Part shown: piece by piece, positions 25,835 through 38,384 of the stretch | Numbering within the stretch: position 1 is the first letter of the stretch | Layout of the letters: each line of letters starts with the position of its first letter | Assembly (NCBI RefSeq): GCF_001194135.2 | Contig: NC_068983.1 | Location: 114,668,746 to 114,708,635 of the forward strand | Source of the DNA: Octopus bimaculoides | Taxonomy: Eukaryota | Length of the DNA: 39,890 bases | Direction: 5' to 3' | Translations under genes and position numbers: made by a program | The notes under the pieces: model-generated | Told to the model about the DNA's origin: nothing | Database searches by the model: none | The model's input: only the letters and a program-made list of their open reading frames with translations

Positions 25835-26091
25835 ATCAAATGTCCTCCACGAGCCATAGGCTCATAATGCCGGTTTCCCGGATTCTGTGACATATATTCA
25901 CCACCCATCCCCCCATCCTGAAAAGGAAGCCGTTCCGTTGCAAGATTACTCATTTTTGCCCGCTTAATGGACTAGAGGAATATGAAATGAAGTGTTTGCT
26001 CAAAGGCACAATGCAATGTCAGTCTGGGAATCAAAACCACAATCTTGTGATCATGAGTGCAACAGCTTAACCATTAAGCCACGCTCCTCCA
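25835..26091 (-). mobile_element. tRNA-headed SINE, additional family (F)
   Basis: Minus strand GTGGAGGAGCGTGGCTTAATGGTTAAG..TTTTGATTCCCAGAC..TTGTGCCTTTGAGCAAACACTTCA. The head resembles those of family C and of the 36630 element. Confidence 0.6.
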
Positions 26092-26485
26092 CAATATACA
26101 TCCTATATTTAATTAAAAACAGGTATTTATCAGCCCTTGAAGACCATGACCACATTGGATAATGTAGTCCATGATATACAAAAGGGATGGTCAAGTTTAG
26201 AACATCTTTGATCATAGGTCTTCTTAATAATCGCTGACTTGGGGGCTAAGCAACCTCAACAGTAATGAGTCGTATATAAACGAGTCAATGAGAGAGACTT
26301 TACCTGCTAAAACTAACAGACAGACCACTCAAAAATGACACTCTACTAGTTTCAAAGAAGCGGGGCTTTTTTCAAAACAGTAGGATGCTGTCAAGGTGCG
26401 CTAGGGACAAACATAGACACAAAGACACACACACACACACACATAGAGATACATACGACGGGCTTCTTTCAGTTTCTGTCTACAA

Positions 26486-26829
26486 TAGTGATTCTCAACC
26501 GAGGTCCATACGAGATTTTTTTGGGGTCCATGCAACAAAATAGTAAATTAGAAATACACAATAACATTTTAAGGGCCCCTGAAAATTTTTTGCTTTAAAT
26601 GTATGTACTGGTATGTATTTCAAGAAACAACTAGGTATCTTTTTCTAACGTTTTACATAATTCAACCTACACAACTGGATGAGTGAATAACAAAACAGGA
26701 ATTTTGAAAGAAGTTACTATTAAACTAGTTTTTAAACATCGAATGGTTATGGTAGTCCACCAGAATAAAATTGTAATCAAAGGGATCCATAGATAAAAAA
26801 AAAAAAATTTTAATGGTTGGGATCCCTTG
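26486..26829. mobile_element. hAT-type MITE
   Basis: Imperfect TIRs TAGTGATTCTCAACC / GGTTGGGATCCCTTG. 8-bp TSD-like GTCTACAA (26478-85) / ATCTACGA (26830-37), resembling the NTCTAGAN target of Charlie-like hATs. Confidence 0.7.
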
Positions 26830-26949
26830 ATCTACGATATCCACTCACAAAGCTTTGGTCGGCCCGAAGCAATTGTAGAAGACAATTACACAACACGTGC
26901 CACACAGTGGGACAGAACTTGAACTATGTGGTTGGGAAACAAGCTTCTT

Positions 26950-28025
26950 TATTTCATAAATATTTGCCATAAAGGCATTACAAAGAGGGGACGAACAAGG
27001 ACAGACAAAAATAAAAAGGGTGAAGTAGCTGTATCGATTAAATATTTACAATTTTAAATACACAATAAAAATTGGATTATATTTACAATGTTCGATTGAA
27101 GCATTGCTCATTACATATGCAATTTGTAATGGCTTTCCTGAAGGATAGGCATCCGACCACCAGGGTAGACCCCTTGCTTTTACTTTCCCTTGATTTTGGC
27201 TTCCACTTACCTGGTGCCAAACACTCTCAGCTTCCTCGCCACAGGCTTCCATCCTCTCATGAATCTGTCTCGTGACAGATACCTCTTCTTCAGCCTGATC
27301 TTAGTACTGAGGCGGTAACTTAAAAAGTTAACTAACCCCTGGCCAGATACAAAAGTATCCGTCACTATGCCTCTTACACGCGTCTTCCATACTGTTTCTT
27401 TCAGTATGGCTACTACGCAGGAAAAGCAAGCCTTCCTCTCCCTGTTGAGGCAAAGAGGCGGCACAATCTCGATGATAGATTCAGCTGATAGCTGTACTCT
27501 TCCCATCGATGACAACAGTTGTTCTGCGAAAACTATCAGTCTCGTTAATTCCGGACATTCCACGAATGCGTGCAAGACGGTTTCCCTGTCCTGCCCGCAC
27601 CTCGGACATGTCGGCGATACGGCACTTCCGGGCCTTGGCAGTTTATCACGAACAGGTAACGCCGCACGGAAGCACTGCCAAGCCAGGGATTTCTGGTAAT
27701 TGTCCAGCACGAAAGTTCTCCTGAACAGGTTGGTCAACTGATTTTCATCGTAGCCCAGGGTCTCCCCCAAGGCGTCTTTGGACCTAAATCCCACTAACCT
27801 GCTATAAAAATCCGCGGTGGAACTCCTGTTGCCGGCATTGCCCGCCCGAGAGAGTAGCTGAAGTGCCTGTCGGCATTCCAATTGCCAGTCCCCCAGCCTA
27901 GGTCTCTGCTTGATCCAATTACCAACGTCCGTTAAGGACGTTAATTGCGGAAGGTAGAACTGGACATGCGGTGACCACACCTGCTCTCCATCCAGGTAAA
28001 GCGAAAGGTGCTTCAACCTTAACGC
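26950..28025 (-). mobile_element. 5'-truncated L1/Tx1-like non-LTR retrotransposon (ORF2 C-terminus plus 3' UTR)
   Basis: Exact 14-bp TSD GAAACAAGCTTCTT at 26936-26949 and 28026-28039. The open frame 27207-28016 contains the zf-RVT-like knuckle CPRCGQDRETVLHAFVEC preceded by KSLAWQCFRAALP. Confidence 0.88.
27207..28016 (-). pseudogene. Retrotransposon ORF2 C-terminal fragment (zinc knuckle, zf-RVT-like)
   Basis: 269 open codons with a C-x2-C-x8-H-x4-C motif. No RT catalytic core, consistent with 5' truncation. Confidence 0.8.
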
Positions 28026-28936
28026 GAAACAAGCTTCTTACCACACAAGTAAATTTATTGTTTGTTTAATTTAGAGTGAGACTACATTTGCTTTGGAAAA
28101 ATCTAGAATGACTCTGGAACTAAAGGTTCCGAAAAAAAAAAATCAATATTGTACCAGCGTATACGAAAATGCACGATACGGTCCTCAATACTTGTAGATC
28201 GCTCACTGTTGTTCGACGACGTACAGCGTACGTGCCAAAAAAAAAAAGGGACCGAAATCTGCAATCAGTATTCATCTCAGCTACTTACTAACAATTTGTG
28301 TATGCGTGTGTTCTGTGTGTGAGTGCGTGTGTATTGACATGTATACACGTATACACGCATAAAACATGTGTACATACATACATACATGCATACATACATA
28401 CATACATACATACATACATACATACATACGTACATAAATACATACATACATACATACATAAATATATACATACAATACATATACAAAATCTGTACAAACA
28501 AAATAGATATGAAACCTGCTCATCTAAAAGCTTCCTAACTTCTATTCCTCTTTATTTTCATTCATGTGTGTGTATATACATATCTACCTACTTTCCTACC
28601 TTCCTACCTCCCTACCTACGTACCTACTTACCTTACATACATACATACATATATACATACATACATACACTGAAAAACATACAGACGTACACAAAAAAAG
28701 ACATAAACGCACACGTACTCTCACATTCACACACGTGCACACTCATACACACAGGAAGTCGTTGACAATTAGTTTGGCGCTCGTGAAATGTTCTTCTCAC
28801 AACCAGGGTCAACAGGAGCGTAACCCCTGCGGATGCAGGTCAAGTGTGTAGGCTATTAGTGTCTCCAGAGTAAAGAACCGGCAAATCTGGTAATGTTTCC
28901 TACAAGTTAGTGGCTGCTGTAGTAGTGAGAGTGTTT

Positions 28937-28969
<33 letters not shown>

Positions 28970-29516
28970 ATAATAATAATACTAATAAGGGGATACTAAC
29001 GATGATGGTGGCGGTGACGGTAGTAGTAGTTGTAAGTGGAGGAGGAGTGGTATATTGGTAGCGGTGGCAGTGACAGTAATGAGGGTGTGTGAAATGGCTC
29101 AAAGGTGTGGATGTCGGCCGCTGCCATGCTGGGCCTTAATCTGACCCTTAAATCATCCTCCTCATCCCAATAAATGTCATCATCAACCTTCATCAATGTA
29201 GTTGTCGACCTCGCCGCCGCCGCTGTTTTCATCGTCGTTCTTTGTCGCCGTCATCATCACAATCATAATCATCATCGTCGTCATCGTCGTTATAGATTAT
29301 AACGTGCCATCGTCCGTAATCCAGCTAACCACCCACTCGATAATTATCCTTTACGAGCCTCAAATTTTAAGAAGTAAAATCCGGGACAAATCGAGTACAC
29401 ACACCGGTTTTGATCTCTACTTGTAATTATTTTATTTCACTAACGTCATTGGATAAGAAAGAGATGAGCACAAAAACTAAACCTTTTGCCCACTCTCTTA
29501 CATACATTTTTTTTTT

Positions 29517-29897
29517 GTCGGCACTCCGTCGCTTACGACGTCGAGGGTTCCAGTTGATCCGATCAACGGAACAGCCTGCTCGTGAAATTAACGTGCAAGT
29601 GGCTGAGCAATCCACAGACACGTGTACCCTTAACGGAGTTCTCGGGGATATTCAGCGTGACACAGTGTGACAAGGCTGATCCTTTGAATTACAGGTACAA
29701 CAAAAACAGGAATTAAGAGTGAGAGAAAGTTGTGGTGAAAGAGTACAGCAGGGTTCGCCACCATCCCCTGCCTGAATCTCGTGGAGCTTTAGGCGTTTTC
29801 GCTCAATAAACACTCATAACGCCTGGTCTGGGAATCGAAACCGCGATCCTATGACCGCGAGTCCGCTGCCCTAACCACTGGGCCATTGCGCCTCCAC
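29517..29897 (-). mobile_element. Full-length SINE family C
   Basis: High identity to 20374-20755 and 35669-36057. Confidence 0.92.
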
Positions 29898-30624
29898 CAC
29901 ATACATTTTATTCATGCATTTATTCATTAATTATCGTTATTGTTGTTGCTGTTGTTTATCCCAGTCCGTCCTGATTGAGAATGCCTGTGAACAAACGTGC
30001 ACAAGATCATTCTATTCTGTGCATGTATTTTTTTTTCCAAAACATGTTTTTTGTTTTTTTTTGTTTTTCCAAAACAAGGCTAGAGTGGAGAAAGGTGAGT
30101 GAATATGTCGAGAATGGCCAGAGTGAGTGGGCTTGCACTGAGCTTGCGTCGGATCTTTTCTGTTTGGCTGCCACTTTTCAATTTCTTCAATTTTTGTTGC
30201 AACTGATTTCATACTTGGCGTATTGGTGTAGTTTTGTAAATTAATCATTGACATGAAATTCCTATTCGCCATAAATCAATCAATAAATAAAGAGTTGATG
30301 AGTTTTAAAATTTGCAAATTTTGGGTAATTTTAGCCGGTCGAAAGCTACAGACATATAGGGGTTAATTTGTTCAACTGAAACTTTCAAGGCGATGTCCCA
30401 GCATGACTGCAGTCCAATGACTGAAGTAAGTAAAAGAATAAAAGAACAAAAGAAGAGAAGAATAGAAGAATACCACCCTATGGACCTATGAGTATGAGTA
30501 CGTATGAGTCCAAATCTCAGTCGCTTGTTTTTATTTTGTTGTTGGTAGTTATAAGGTGTTGGAAGACATAGTCAGTCCCGTCAACCTATATAAGATTATA
30601 GAACTGATATTTGCATTTCTTCTT

Positions 30625-30660
30625 CTCTCTGATGAAGGGTTTTGCCCGAAACGATTTCTC
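30625..30660 (+). ncRNA. Partial hammerhead core (degenerate)
   Basis: CUGAUGA-A-GGG-UUUUG-CCC-GAAAC is present. No helix I partner or clear GUH follows. Confidence 0.35.
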
Positions 30661-30702
30661 TTCATCTCCCTCACGGCATAAAACTTAATCTAGCTTAGTT
30701 TA

Positions 30703-30923
30703 CACTTTAGCATTCAGATCATTCTGTTAAAATGTTATACTTATTTATTCAAATTGGTTTGATTTAAACATGCATTATCTCACTGCTTTTAGATTTCAAT
30801 GATGTGACAGCATATTTTTAGAAAGACATTGTATAATAGGTGTGAGAAGCTGAATTTGGTCAGTTTGAACATAAAACACGTAGATTATATGGGCCTGATA
30901 TGGCCGGTTTAAATGTTAAAGGT
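30703..30923. mobile_element. piggyBac-type MITE, complete
   Basis: TIRs CACTTTAGCATT / AATGTTAAAGGT flanked by TTTA and TTAA. Homologous to 13653-13810. Confidence 0.72.
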
Positions 30924-31173
30924 TTAATCCATTTAATCTACAGACTCCACTATTTTACTATATAGCTGTCATGCTTGTTTGGCTTTCTTGTTTGGCAGAT
31001 GTGTACGAAGGGTTAACCTTGGTAGTTAATTATGGATAATTGAACCTGACCGCTATCACCACATTCCGAACGGATGAGCTGAAGTATAAAACAATAATTA
31101 GATAATGATGCTATGCCGTGAAGTAAACTTCATACATGAACTTTATAAGTCAGTTAATTTCTCTCTTACTCTC

Positions 31174-31223
<50 letters not shown>

Positions 31224-31370
31224 GCGTGCGTGCGTACTCTCCCCACCTCTCTCTCGCGCGCGCGCTCTCTCTCTCATATACGTATATAACGACACACACA
31301 CACACACGCATACATATGTACATATATGTGTACAGATTGCGCATTTCTGTACAACCATATACATATTTAA

Positions 31371-31406
<36 letters not shown>

Positions 31407-31411
31407 GTATA

Positions 31412-31811
31412 CGAGTGGCTGTGTGGTAAGTAGCTTGCTTACCAACCACATGGTCCCGGGTTCAGTCCCACTGCGTGGCATCTTGGGCAAGTGTCTTCTA
31501 CTATAGCCTCGGGCCGACCAAAGCCTTGTGAGTCGATTTGGTAGACGGAAACTGAAAGAAGCCCGTCGTATATATGTATATATATATGTATGTGTGTATG
31601 TGTTTGTGTGTCTGTGTTTGTCCCCCCAACATCGCTTGACAACCGATGCTGGTGTGTGTATGTCCCTGTAACTTAGCGGTTCGGCAAAAGAGACCGATGG
31701 ATTAAGTACTATGCTTCTAAAGAATAAGTCCTGGGGTCGATTTGCTCGACTAAAGGCGGTGCTCCAGCATGGCCACAGTCAAAAGACTGAAACAAGTAAA
31801 AGAGTAAAAGA
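31412..31811 (+). mobile_element. Full-length SINE A
   Basis: A box TGGCTGTGTGG, B box GGTTCAGTCCC, CORE-like region, internal TA/TG tract, 3' module, (GAGTAAAA) tail. Confidence 0.92.
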
Positions 31812-32610
31812 GAGAGTACATTTAATACACTATTATATGTATCACACACATATGTATACATACACACACATTCACACAAACACAGATACACACGTACGCG
31901 CGCGCACACACAAACAAACAAACTCAAACACTGGATTGTAGATCCTTCATGTCCATTAATTAATTTTTAAAGCCAGAACAGCTTCCTGCGTCATGAAGAC
32001 GCGGACATAAAACGAAACATTTTCATTTTTTCTTAGCTTTCCTGCTCTAGACACGAACGCCGCGAAGAACATTTAAAATTATTTTCTCCACTCACAATAC
32101 GAGGTTTAATTTTTTTTTAATGTTTAATTTCATATTTCTATTTTTGACAATTTTTATCGAAAACATTTTATATTTTATATTTCAATTTTATTTATTTCTT
32201 AGCTCCAGTAGAATTACCAAACGGCCGATTACTGAAAACCGAAACTCTAGATTCTGAATAAGAAAAAATTCATATTTTTTTTTTTTATAGAACGACGAAC
32301 CTTGAAGCAACTGAAGCTATAATCAATAGCGTGTAAATANNNNNNNNNNGATTACTGAAAACCGAAACTCTAGATTCTGAATAAGAAAAAATTCATATTT
32401 TTTTTTTTTACCTAATATCTACAAACTATTGTTTATAGTTTTGCCTGCTTTGAGATTCTCCGTTCCGAATAGGAATTATTTCACGCTCTCTCGAAAATTC
32501 TTAAATTCGCATGATGTCAAAAATTAATGCATTTATTTTTATTTGAACCGTTGCTGGTTTACGTATGTAATTCAAATAACTAAATACCTATATATATATA
32601 CGCACCCATA

Positions 32611-32995
32611 TGCAGGCGTGGTTGTGTGGTAAGACGCTTGCTTCCCAATCACATGGTTCCGGCTTCAGTCTCACTATGTGACACCTTGGGCAAGTGTCTT
32701 CTACTATAACCTCGTGAGTGGAATTGGTAGACGGAAACTGAAAGAAGCCCTTCGTATACACACACATATACATATTTATATGTATATCTGTGTGTATCCC
32801 CATTTCCGCTTGACGACTGGCATTGATGTGTTTGTCCCCGTAACTTAGCGTTTCGACAAAAAAAAACGATAGAATAAGTACTAGACTTTAAAAAATAAAT
32901 CCTGGAGTCGATCTGTTCGACTATAACCCTTCAAGGCGGTGCCCCAGCATGGCCGCAGTCAAATGACAGAAACAAGTAAAAGAATAAAAGAATAA
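32611..32995 (+). mobile_element. SINE A, diverged
   Basis: Colinear with the 33051 copy. Confidence 0.85.
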
Positions 32996-33050
32996 AATAA
33001 CATGCACTATATATGTATTCTGGTTAAATATTTAATATATATCACTAATA

Positions 33051-33456
33051 GGCGCAGGAGTGGCTGTGTGGTAAGTAGCTTGCTTACCAACCACATGGTT
33101 CTGGGTTCATTCCCACTGCGTGGCACCTTGGGGAAATGTCTTCTACTATAGCCTCGGGCTGACCAAAGCCTTGTGAGTGGATTTGGTAGACGGAAACTGA
33201 AAGAAGCCCGTCGTATATATGTATATATATATATATGTATGTATGTTTGTATGTCTGTGTTTGTCCCCCCAACATCGCTTGACAACCGATGCTGGTGTGT
33301 TTATGTCCCCGTAACTTAGCGGTTCGGCAAAAGAGACCGATAGAATAAGTACTAGGCATCCAAAGAATAAGTCCTGGGGTCGATTTGCTCGACTAAAGGC
33401 GGTGCTCCAGCATGGCCGCAGTCAAATGACTGAAACAAGTAAAAGAGTAAAAGAGT
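33051..33456 (+). mobile_element. Full-length SINE A, young-looking
   Basis: Complete GGCGCAGGAGTGGCTGTGTGG head through the AAAAGAGTAAAAGAG tail. Confidence 0.95.
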
Positions 33457-33891
33457 AATAGTAGATGAGCCAGCTTCTATCTTTAAACCGAGGCACTCCC
33501 ATTGAAATTTAGATATCACGAGGTAGTCATGAATGCCCAAGCATGACATTGCATGAGGGAACTGTATGACTTGATTTATGAATGTGAACATCTGTATGTA
33601 TGTATACTTCTGTTCGGTTTATAACTATTTGAAATCTTCCTTCGAAAAAGGGGCAGATACAGAGTTCCGTTGCTGGAATGTCACATTTTGAACTTGAGAA
33701 AAGTCTTGTATATTTTTACTGTTCTGCTTACAAATTGTATTTGTAGTTTGCGAATTAGTTGGGTTATTTCTTTTCCTGAATAATCTTGCTTTTCCAGTTG
33801 TCACAAGACCATGTGTACCAATTATTGTTGGTATAAGTATGGATTATAATTTGGGTATAGAAGCTAAAAGGTTCGAAACAGTTGTCCATAG

Positions 33892-33923
<32 letters not shown>

Positions 33924-34120
33924 CATGTGTGGATGGGTGGATGGATGATTGGATGAATTGATAGATGGAGAGTGTATGAATGCATGTGTGTGTGCGTGTA
34001 TATATGTGTGCACGCGCGCGTATGTATGTATGTATGTATGTATGTATGTATATAAGTATGTATGTATTTACATATATTTCTATATAAACACGCTGCAGGG
34101 TAAACTTCAAGAATGTTTTC

Positions 34121-34331
34121 GCGAGTTGGCAGAATCATTAGCACGCCAGGAAAAATGCTTAGCGGCATTTCGTCTGTCTTTATGTGCTGACTTCAAATTC
34201 CGCCGAGTTCGAATTTGCCTTTCATCTCTTTCGAGGTCGATAAAACAAGTACCAATCGAGTACCGGGGTCGATGTGATCGACTTACCCCCATACCCTGAA
34301 ATTGATGACCTTGTACCAAAATTTGAAGCCA
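34121..34331 (+). mobile_element. SINE B
   Basis: GAGTTGGCAGAATC..TTCAAATTCCGCCGAG..GCCTTTCATC..GGTCGATAAAAC.AGTACC. Confidence 0.85.
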
Positions 34332-34659
34332 ATATTTTTACGGTTCAATTCATAGCTTGTAATTACAATTTCCTGATAAGCCATGTTCTTTACGGTCTTG
34401 TTTAGCCTAACTTCTTTTCTTAAAAATGGTTCTGAGACAGTAAATTTGTATTTTTCATTAATTTGTTACAGATGTTTTCTCTTTCTTATGTCTACATCGT
34501 TATGTTAACGACTGCTAAGCAAGTGATATAATTTCTCTTACTGTATACACAAGCTTTTCTCTGTCCTAGATCATTCGTTGTTTGGTCTTACTTTTATAGG
34601 GCTTTTAACAGGAATATGTTCAACTTTCAATATGTATGTATATATGTATTTTGATTTAT

Positions 34660-35051
34660 TCTCTTTTTCTCTTTCATTTGTTTCAGTCATTTGACTGTGG
34701 CCATGCTGGAGCACCGCCTTTAGTGGAGAAAATCGACCCCAGGACTTATTCTTTGTAAGCCTAGTACTTATTCTATCGGTCTTTTTTGCCGAACCGCTAA
34801 GTTACGGGGACGTAAACACACCAGCATCGGTGGGGGGACAAACACAGACACACAAACATAGATACATATATATATATATACATATATACGACGGGCTTCT
34901 TTCAGTTTCCGTCTACCAAATCCACTCACAAGGCATTGGTCAGCCCGAGGCTATAGTAGAAGACACTTGCCCAAGGTGCCACGCAGTGGGACTGAACCCG
35001 GAACCATGTGGTTAGTAAGCAAGCTACTTACCACACAGCCACTCCTGCGCC
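34660..35051 (-). mobile_element. Full-length SINE A
   Basis: Reverse complement of the 33051 copy with a small internal deletion. Confidence 0.92.
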
Positions 35052-35668
35052 TATATATTATATATTATGTATATATTAATATTATCTCGGTTGAAAAAAC
35101 TTCAATAATGAAAATATGTTAATAGTTACCAGGGTAGCAAAAATCACAAAAACTGGGATATCATACCCGGTTAATAGGTAGAAATACCAAGTTAAAGTGA
35201 TGTATTTTGAGTAGATATGAAGAATAATAATAAATGGAGCTCCATTTATTATTATTCTTCATATGTATATACGTATGTACACTTTGGTGTATGTATATGC
35301 ATGTATATGTGTAAGCATGTAAGTATATATATACACATACACATATTGGTTGTATTGTGGATGTTGGTTATGGCATTGGTTGAAGGGTGGGGAACATTAG
35401 TACATTGACTGGTTAATTGATTATTGTCAAACTCCGGATTAACCCTTTTAGAGGAGACCTACATGAGTTTTTTTCAGACATAGTGTACCTATGCTGTATC
35501 ATTGAGAGAGAGGATGAGTGAGTGAGTGAGTGAATGAGTGAGTGAATGAGTGAGAGCGAGACAGACAGACAAAGAATACACCGAAGAACTATCGCATTTA
35601 GCAAATTTCAGTAATAAACCGTTTTGCTCATATGTTGCATTTTTTTAATAGTCATGCCATCTACTTTT

Positions 35669-36057
35669 GTTGTTGTTGGCACTCCATCGCTTACGACGTC
35701 GAGGGTTCCAGTTGATCCGATCAACGGAACAGCCTGCTCGTGAAATTAACGTGCAAGTGGCTGAGCACTCCACAGATACTTGTACCCCTTAACGTAGTTC
35801 TTGGGGATATTCAGCGTGACACAGTGTGACAAGGCTGACCCCTCGAATTACAGGCACAACAGAAACAGGAAGTAAGAGTGAGAGAAAGTTGTGGTGGAAG
35901 AGTACAGCAGGGTTCGCCACCACCCCCTGCCGGAGCCTCGTGGAGCTTTTAGATGTTTTCGCTCAATAAACACTCACAATGCCCGGTCTGGGAATCGAAA
36001 CCGCGATCCTATCACCGCGAGTCCGCTGCCCTAACCACTGGGCCATTGCGCCTCCAC
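35669..36057 (-). mobile_element. Full-length SINE family C with (AAC)n tail
   Basis: High identity to the other C copies. GTTGTTGTT marks the 3' tail. Confidence 0.92.
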
Positions 36058-36629
36058 CGTTTACTTATACTTACAAAATAACTTATCAGGTGGGTTTGCT
36101 TTCTTTATAAAGACCAAAAGAATGAAGAAAGAAAGCGATAGTGAGAGGGGGAGAGACCGAGTATGCGCGCGCGCGCGTCTTTATGTGTATTTCTGTCTGG
36201 TTGTATTTCTGCTTTCTTTGGCTTACAAAGAAAAAGCAGCGCCAAGGATATTTTGCGAGGTCTTGAGCGAAGGGTGGAGTGGGGAAAAACTTACGACACA
36301 TGAGAAGTACTGCAATAGGAAGCAATGCATTGAAATATCAAATTAGCATTAGAGCGGAAACATAGTTCGAATGCTTGCAATCGGGGCGATTGGTTAATGT
36401 TAAACCTAATCACCCATGGTGGATTTTGTCATTTTTACATTGACCTCGTTATGTCGTCTGCTTTGAGAATTCAAGGTATATTCTGAACAGAGGAACGGAT
36501 GTTGTTATACAAGGTGAAAGAACCCTCATTCAACAATAGATCGTGACCAAAATTTTCCTTGAGGAAGGCATAAACAACCCTGTAGATACACATTCTATCA
36601 ATAAAAAATAAGATTGTGTATGTGTGTAA

Positions 36630-36890
36630 GGGTGCATGGCACGATGGTTAGGGTGTTGCACTCACGATCTAGCGATCGTGATTTCGATTCCTAGATCGGG
36701 TGATGCATTGTGTTCGTGTGCAAAACACTTCATCTCACGCTGCTCTGCGATCACTTCGACACGTGATGCGTGGTAGACAGTGCACCTGTTCAGACAACAT
36801 CGATTTTAAAGAGTGAGTGGGGTAGTGTGCGACACGAGCATTCGATCACTATAAACATTATTTGTACAGGTCATTCGGCAAAAAGCTGAC
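36630..36890 (+). mobile_element. tRNA-headed SINE, additional family (G)
   Basis: TGGCACGATGG A box, TTTCGATTCC B box, AAAACACTTCATCTCACG region shared with family F, and a different body. Confidence 0.55.
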
Positions 36891-36907
36891 TAGATAGATA
36901 GATAGAT

Positions 36908-37205
36908 ACATTTCTTTTATTAGCCACACAAGGCTTTACACAGAGGGGACAAATACAATGTAGAGCTTTTATTTTTGGGAGGGGGAAGGAGAGAAAAAAG
37001 GGTGGGGTGTCGATCAAAAGGGATCGTGGGAAAGAAAAAGGGGGGAGTTCGATCAAAAGAGATCGGGGGAAAAAAAAGCGATCAATAGGGATCGTGTATC
37101 AGAGTAATGTTCTCGTGTAAAAAAGGGGAGGACAGTTTAGGTTTTAGCGGTGGTAAGAAAAGCCTACGGAAAAGACCACGGTAACCTTGGCCAATATTGT
37201 CATTG
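36908..37205 (-). mobile_element. 3' UTR fragment of an L1/Tx1-like LINE related to 26950-28025
   Basis: TTAGCCACACAAGGCTTTACACAGAGGGGACAAA aligns with TTTGCCATAAAGGCATTACAAAGAGGGGACGAA near 26963. Three internal GATCAA(A/T)AG(G/A)GATCG repeats. Confidence 0.55.
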
Positions 37206-37240
37206 TTATTGAAAAACTATAACAGTAAGTGACTCTATCT

Positions 37241-37285
<45 letters not shown>

Positions 37286-38001
37286 TAGATAGCTAGATAG
37301 ATAGATAGATAGATAGATAGATTGATTGATTGATTGATTGATTGATTGAGTGAGTGAGTGAGTGAGTGAGTGATTGATTGATTGATATAAAGACTTCGGT
37401 GTATCTGCACCTCGAATAATGCATTTCATAGCACCGGCCTTGGTAAGTTATTCTTATCCTTTTATGAATATGCAGCAGTTATTCATGCAGTAATCCTCTC
37501 CCACTCAACACCATTGAGGTTATCTGAAGAAAAGGAAAGGATCAATAAATACAGCTTCACACTAGTGTTAGGTTAGCTCTGTCATGAGCGTGAGGATTCC
37601 TAAGGCCGGAACGTAACCAGGTTTATAACATATAAGCGACTGAGATTACGCTCACTCCACATACATACCCTTGAACAAAAGGCCGGCCTGTTGCAGTGTT
37701 AACTTCCTTACTATTGCTGGAATTCTTTCACAATTTAATAGACTGAGGCAACAAGCAATGAAAAGCTTTGCTCATGAATGCAACGCACCGTCCGGTTCAA
37801 GAATCTAGATCAGCCTCAGACCTTCAAATCTGCAATTGACCTAGAGTAGATGGTGCATATCATAGAAGAGGTCTTGAATGGCGACGAAAAGACTCTGACA
37901 AATGGATTGATTGATTAACCAAATGATTAACCAAACAATCGATTAGTTAATTGGTTTAGTAAGCCAAATAATGAATAATAAAAAGGTGAAATAGAATTAG
38001 T

Positions 38002-38360
38002 GTTTCCCAGCCACATGATTCCGAGTTCAGTCCCACTGCGTGGCACTTTGAACAAGTGTCTTCTACTATAGTCTTGTAAGTGGATTTGGTGGACGGAAAC
38101 TGAAAGAAGACCATCGTGTATATATATATGTTTATATCTTTATGTGTGTGTGTGTGCGTTTTGTGTCTGTGTTTGTCCCGCCACTATCGCTTGACAACCG
38201 ATGTTGGTGTGTTTATGTCCCCGAAACTTAGTTGTTCGGAAAAAGAGACCGATAGAATAAGTACGAGGCATACAAAGAATAAGTCTTGTGGTCGATTTGT
38301 TCGACTAGAGGCGGTACTCCAGCATGGGAGCAATCAAATGACTGAAGCGTGTAAAAGAGT
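38002..38360 (+). mobile_element. SINE A, 5'-truncated
   Basis: Colinear with the 33051 copy. Confidence 0.85.
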
Positions 38361-38384
38361 ACACACGCACACATATATATATAT

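Larger units (their letters stand above)
26383..28048 (-). mobile_element. SINE A interrupted by two nested insertions
   Basis: Pieces at 26383-26485, 26830-26949 and 28026-28048 reassemble into one colinear SINE A. Confidence 0.8.

Noticed and set aside
28760-28910. GC-richer segment with possible stems (GTTGAC/GTCAAC, CCTGC/GCAGG)
   Set aside because: Single copy in the window, with short stems and no ribozyme or ncRNA consensus recognised.
30110-30366. Possible piggyBac right end (...ATAGGGGTTAA)
   Set aside because: No matching left TIR was found nearby, so it is not supportable as a discrete element.
32227-32410. ~60-bp direct duplication (32227-32285 and 32350-32410)
   Set aside because: The copies flank a 10-N gap, typical of an unmerged contig overlap.
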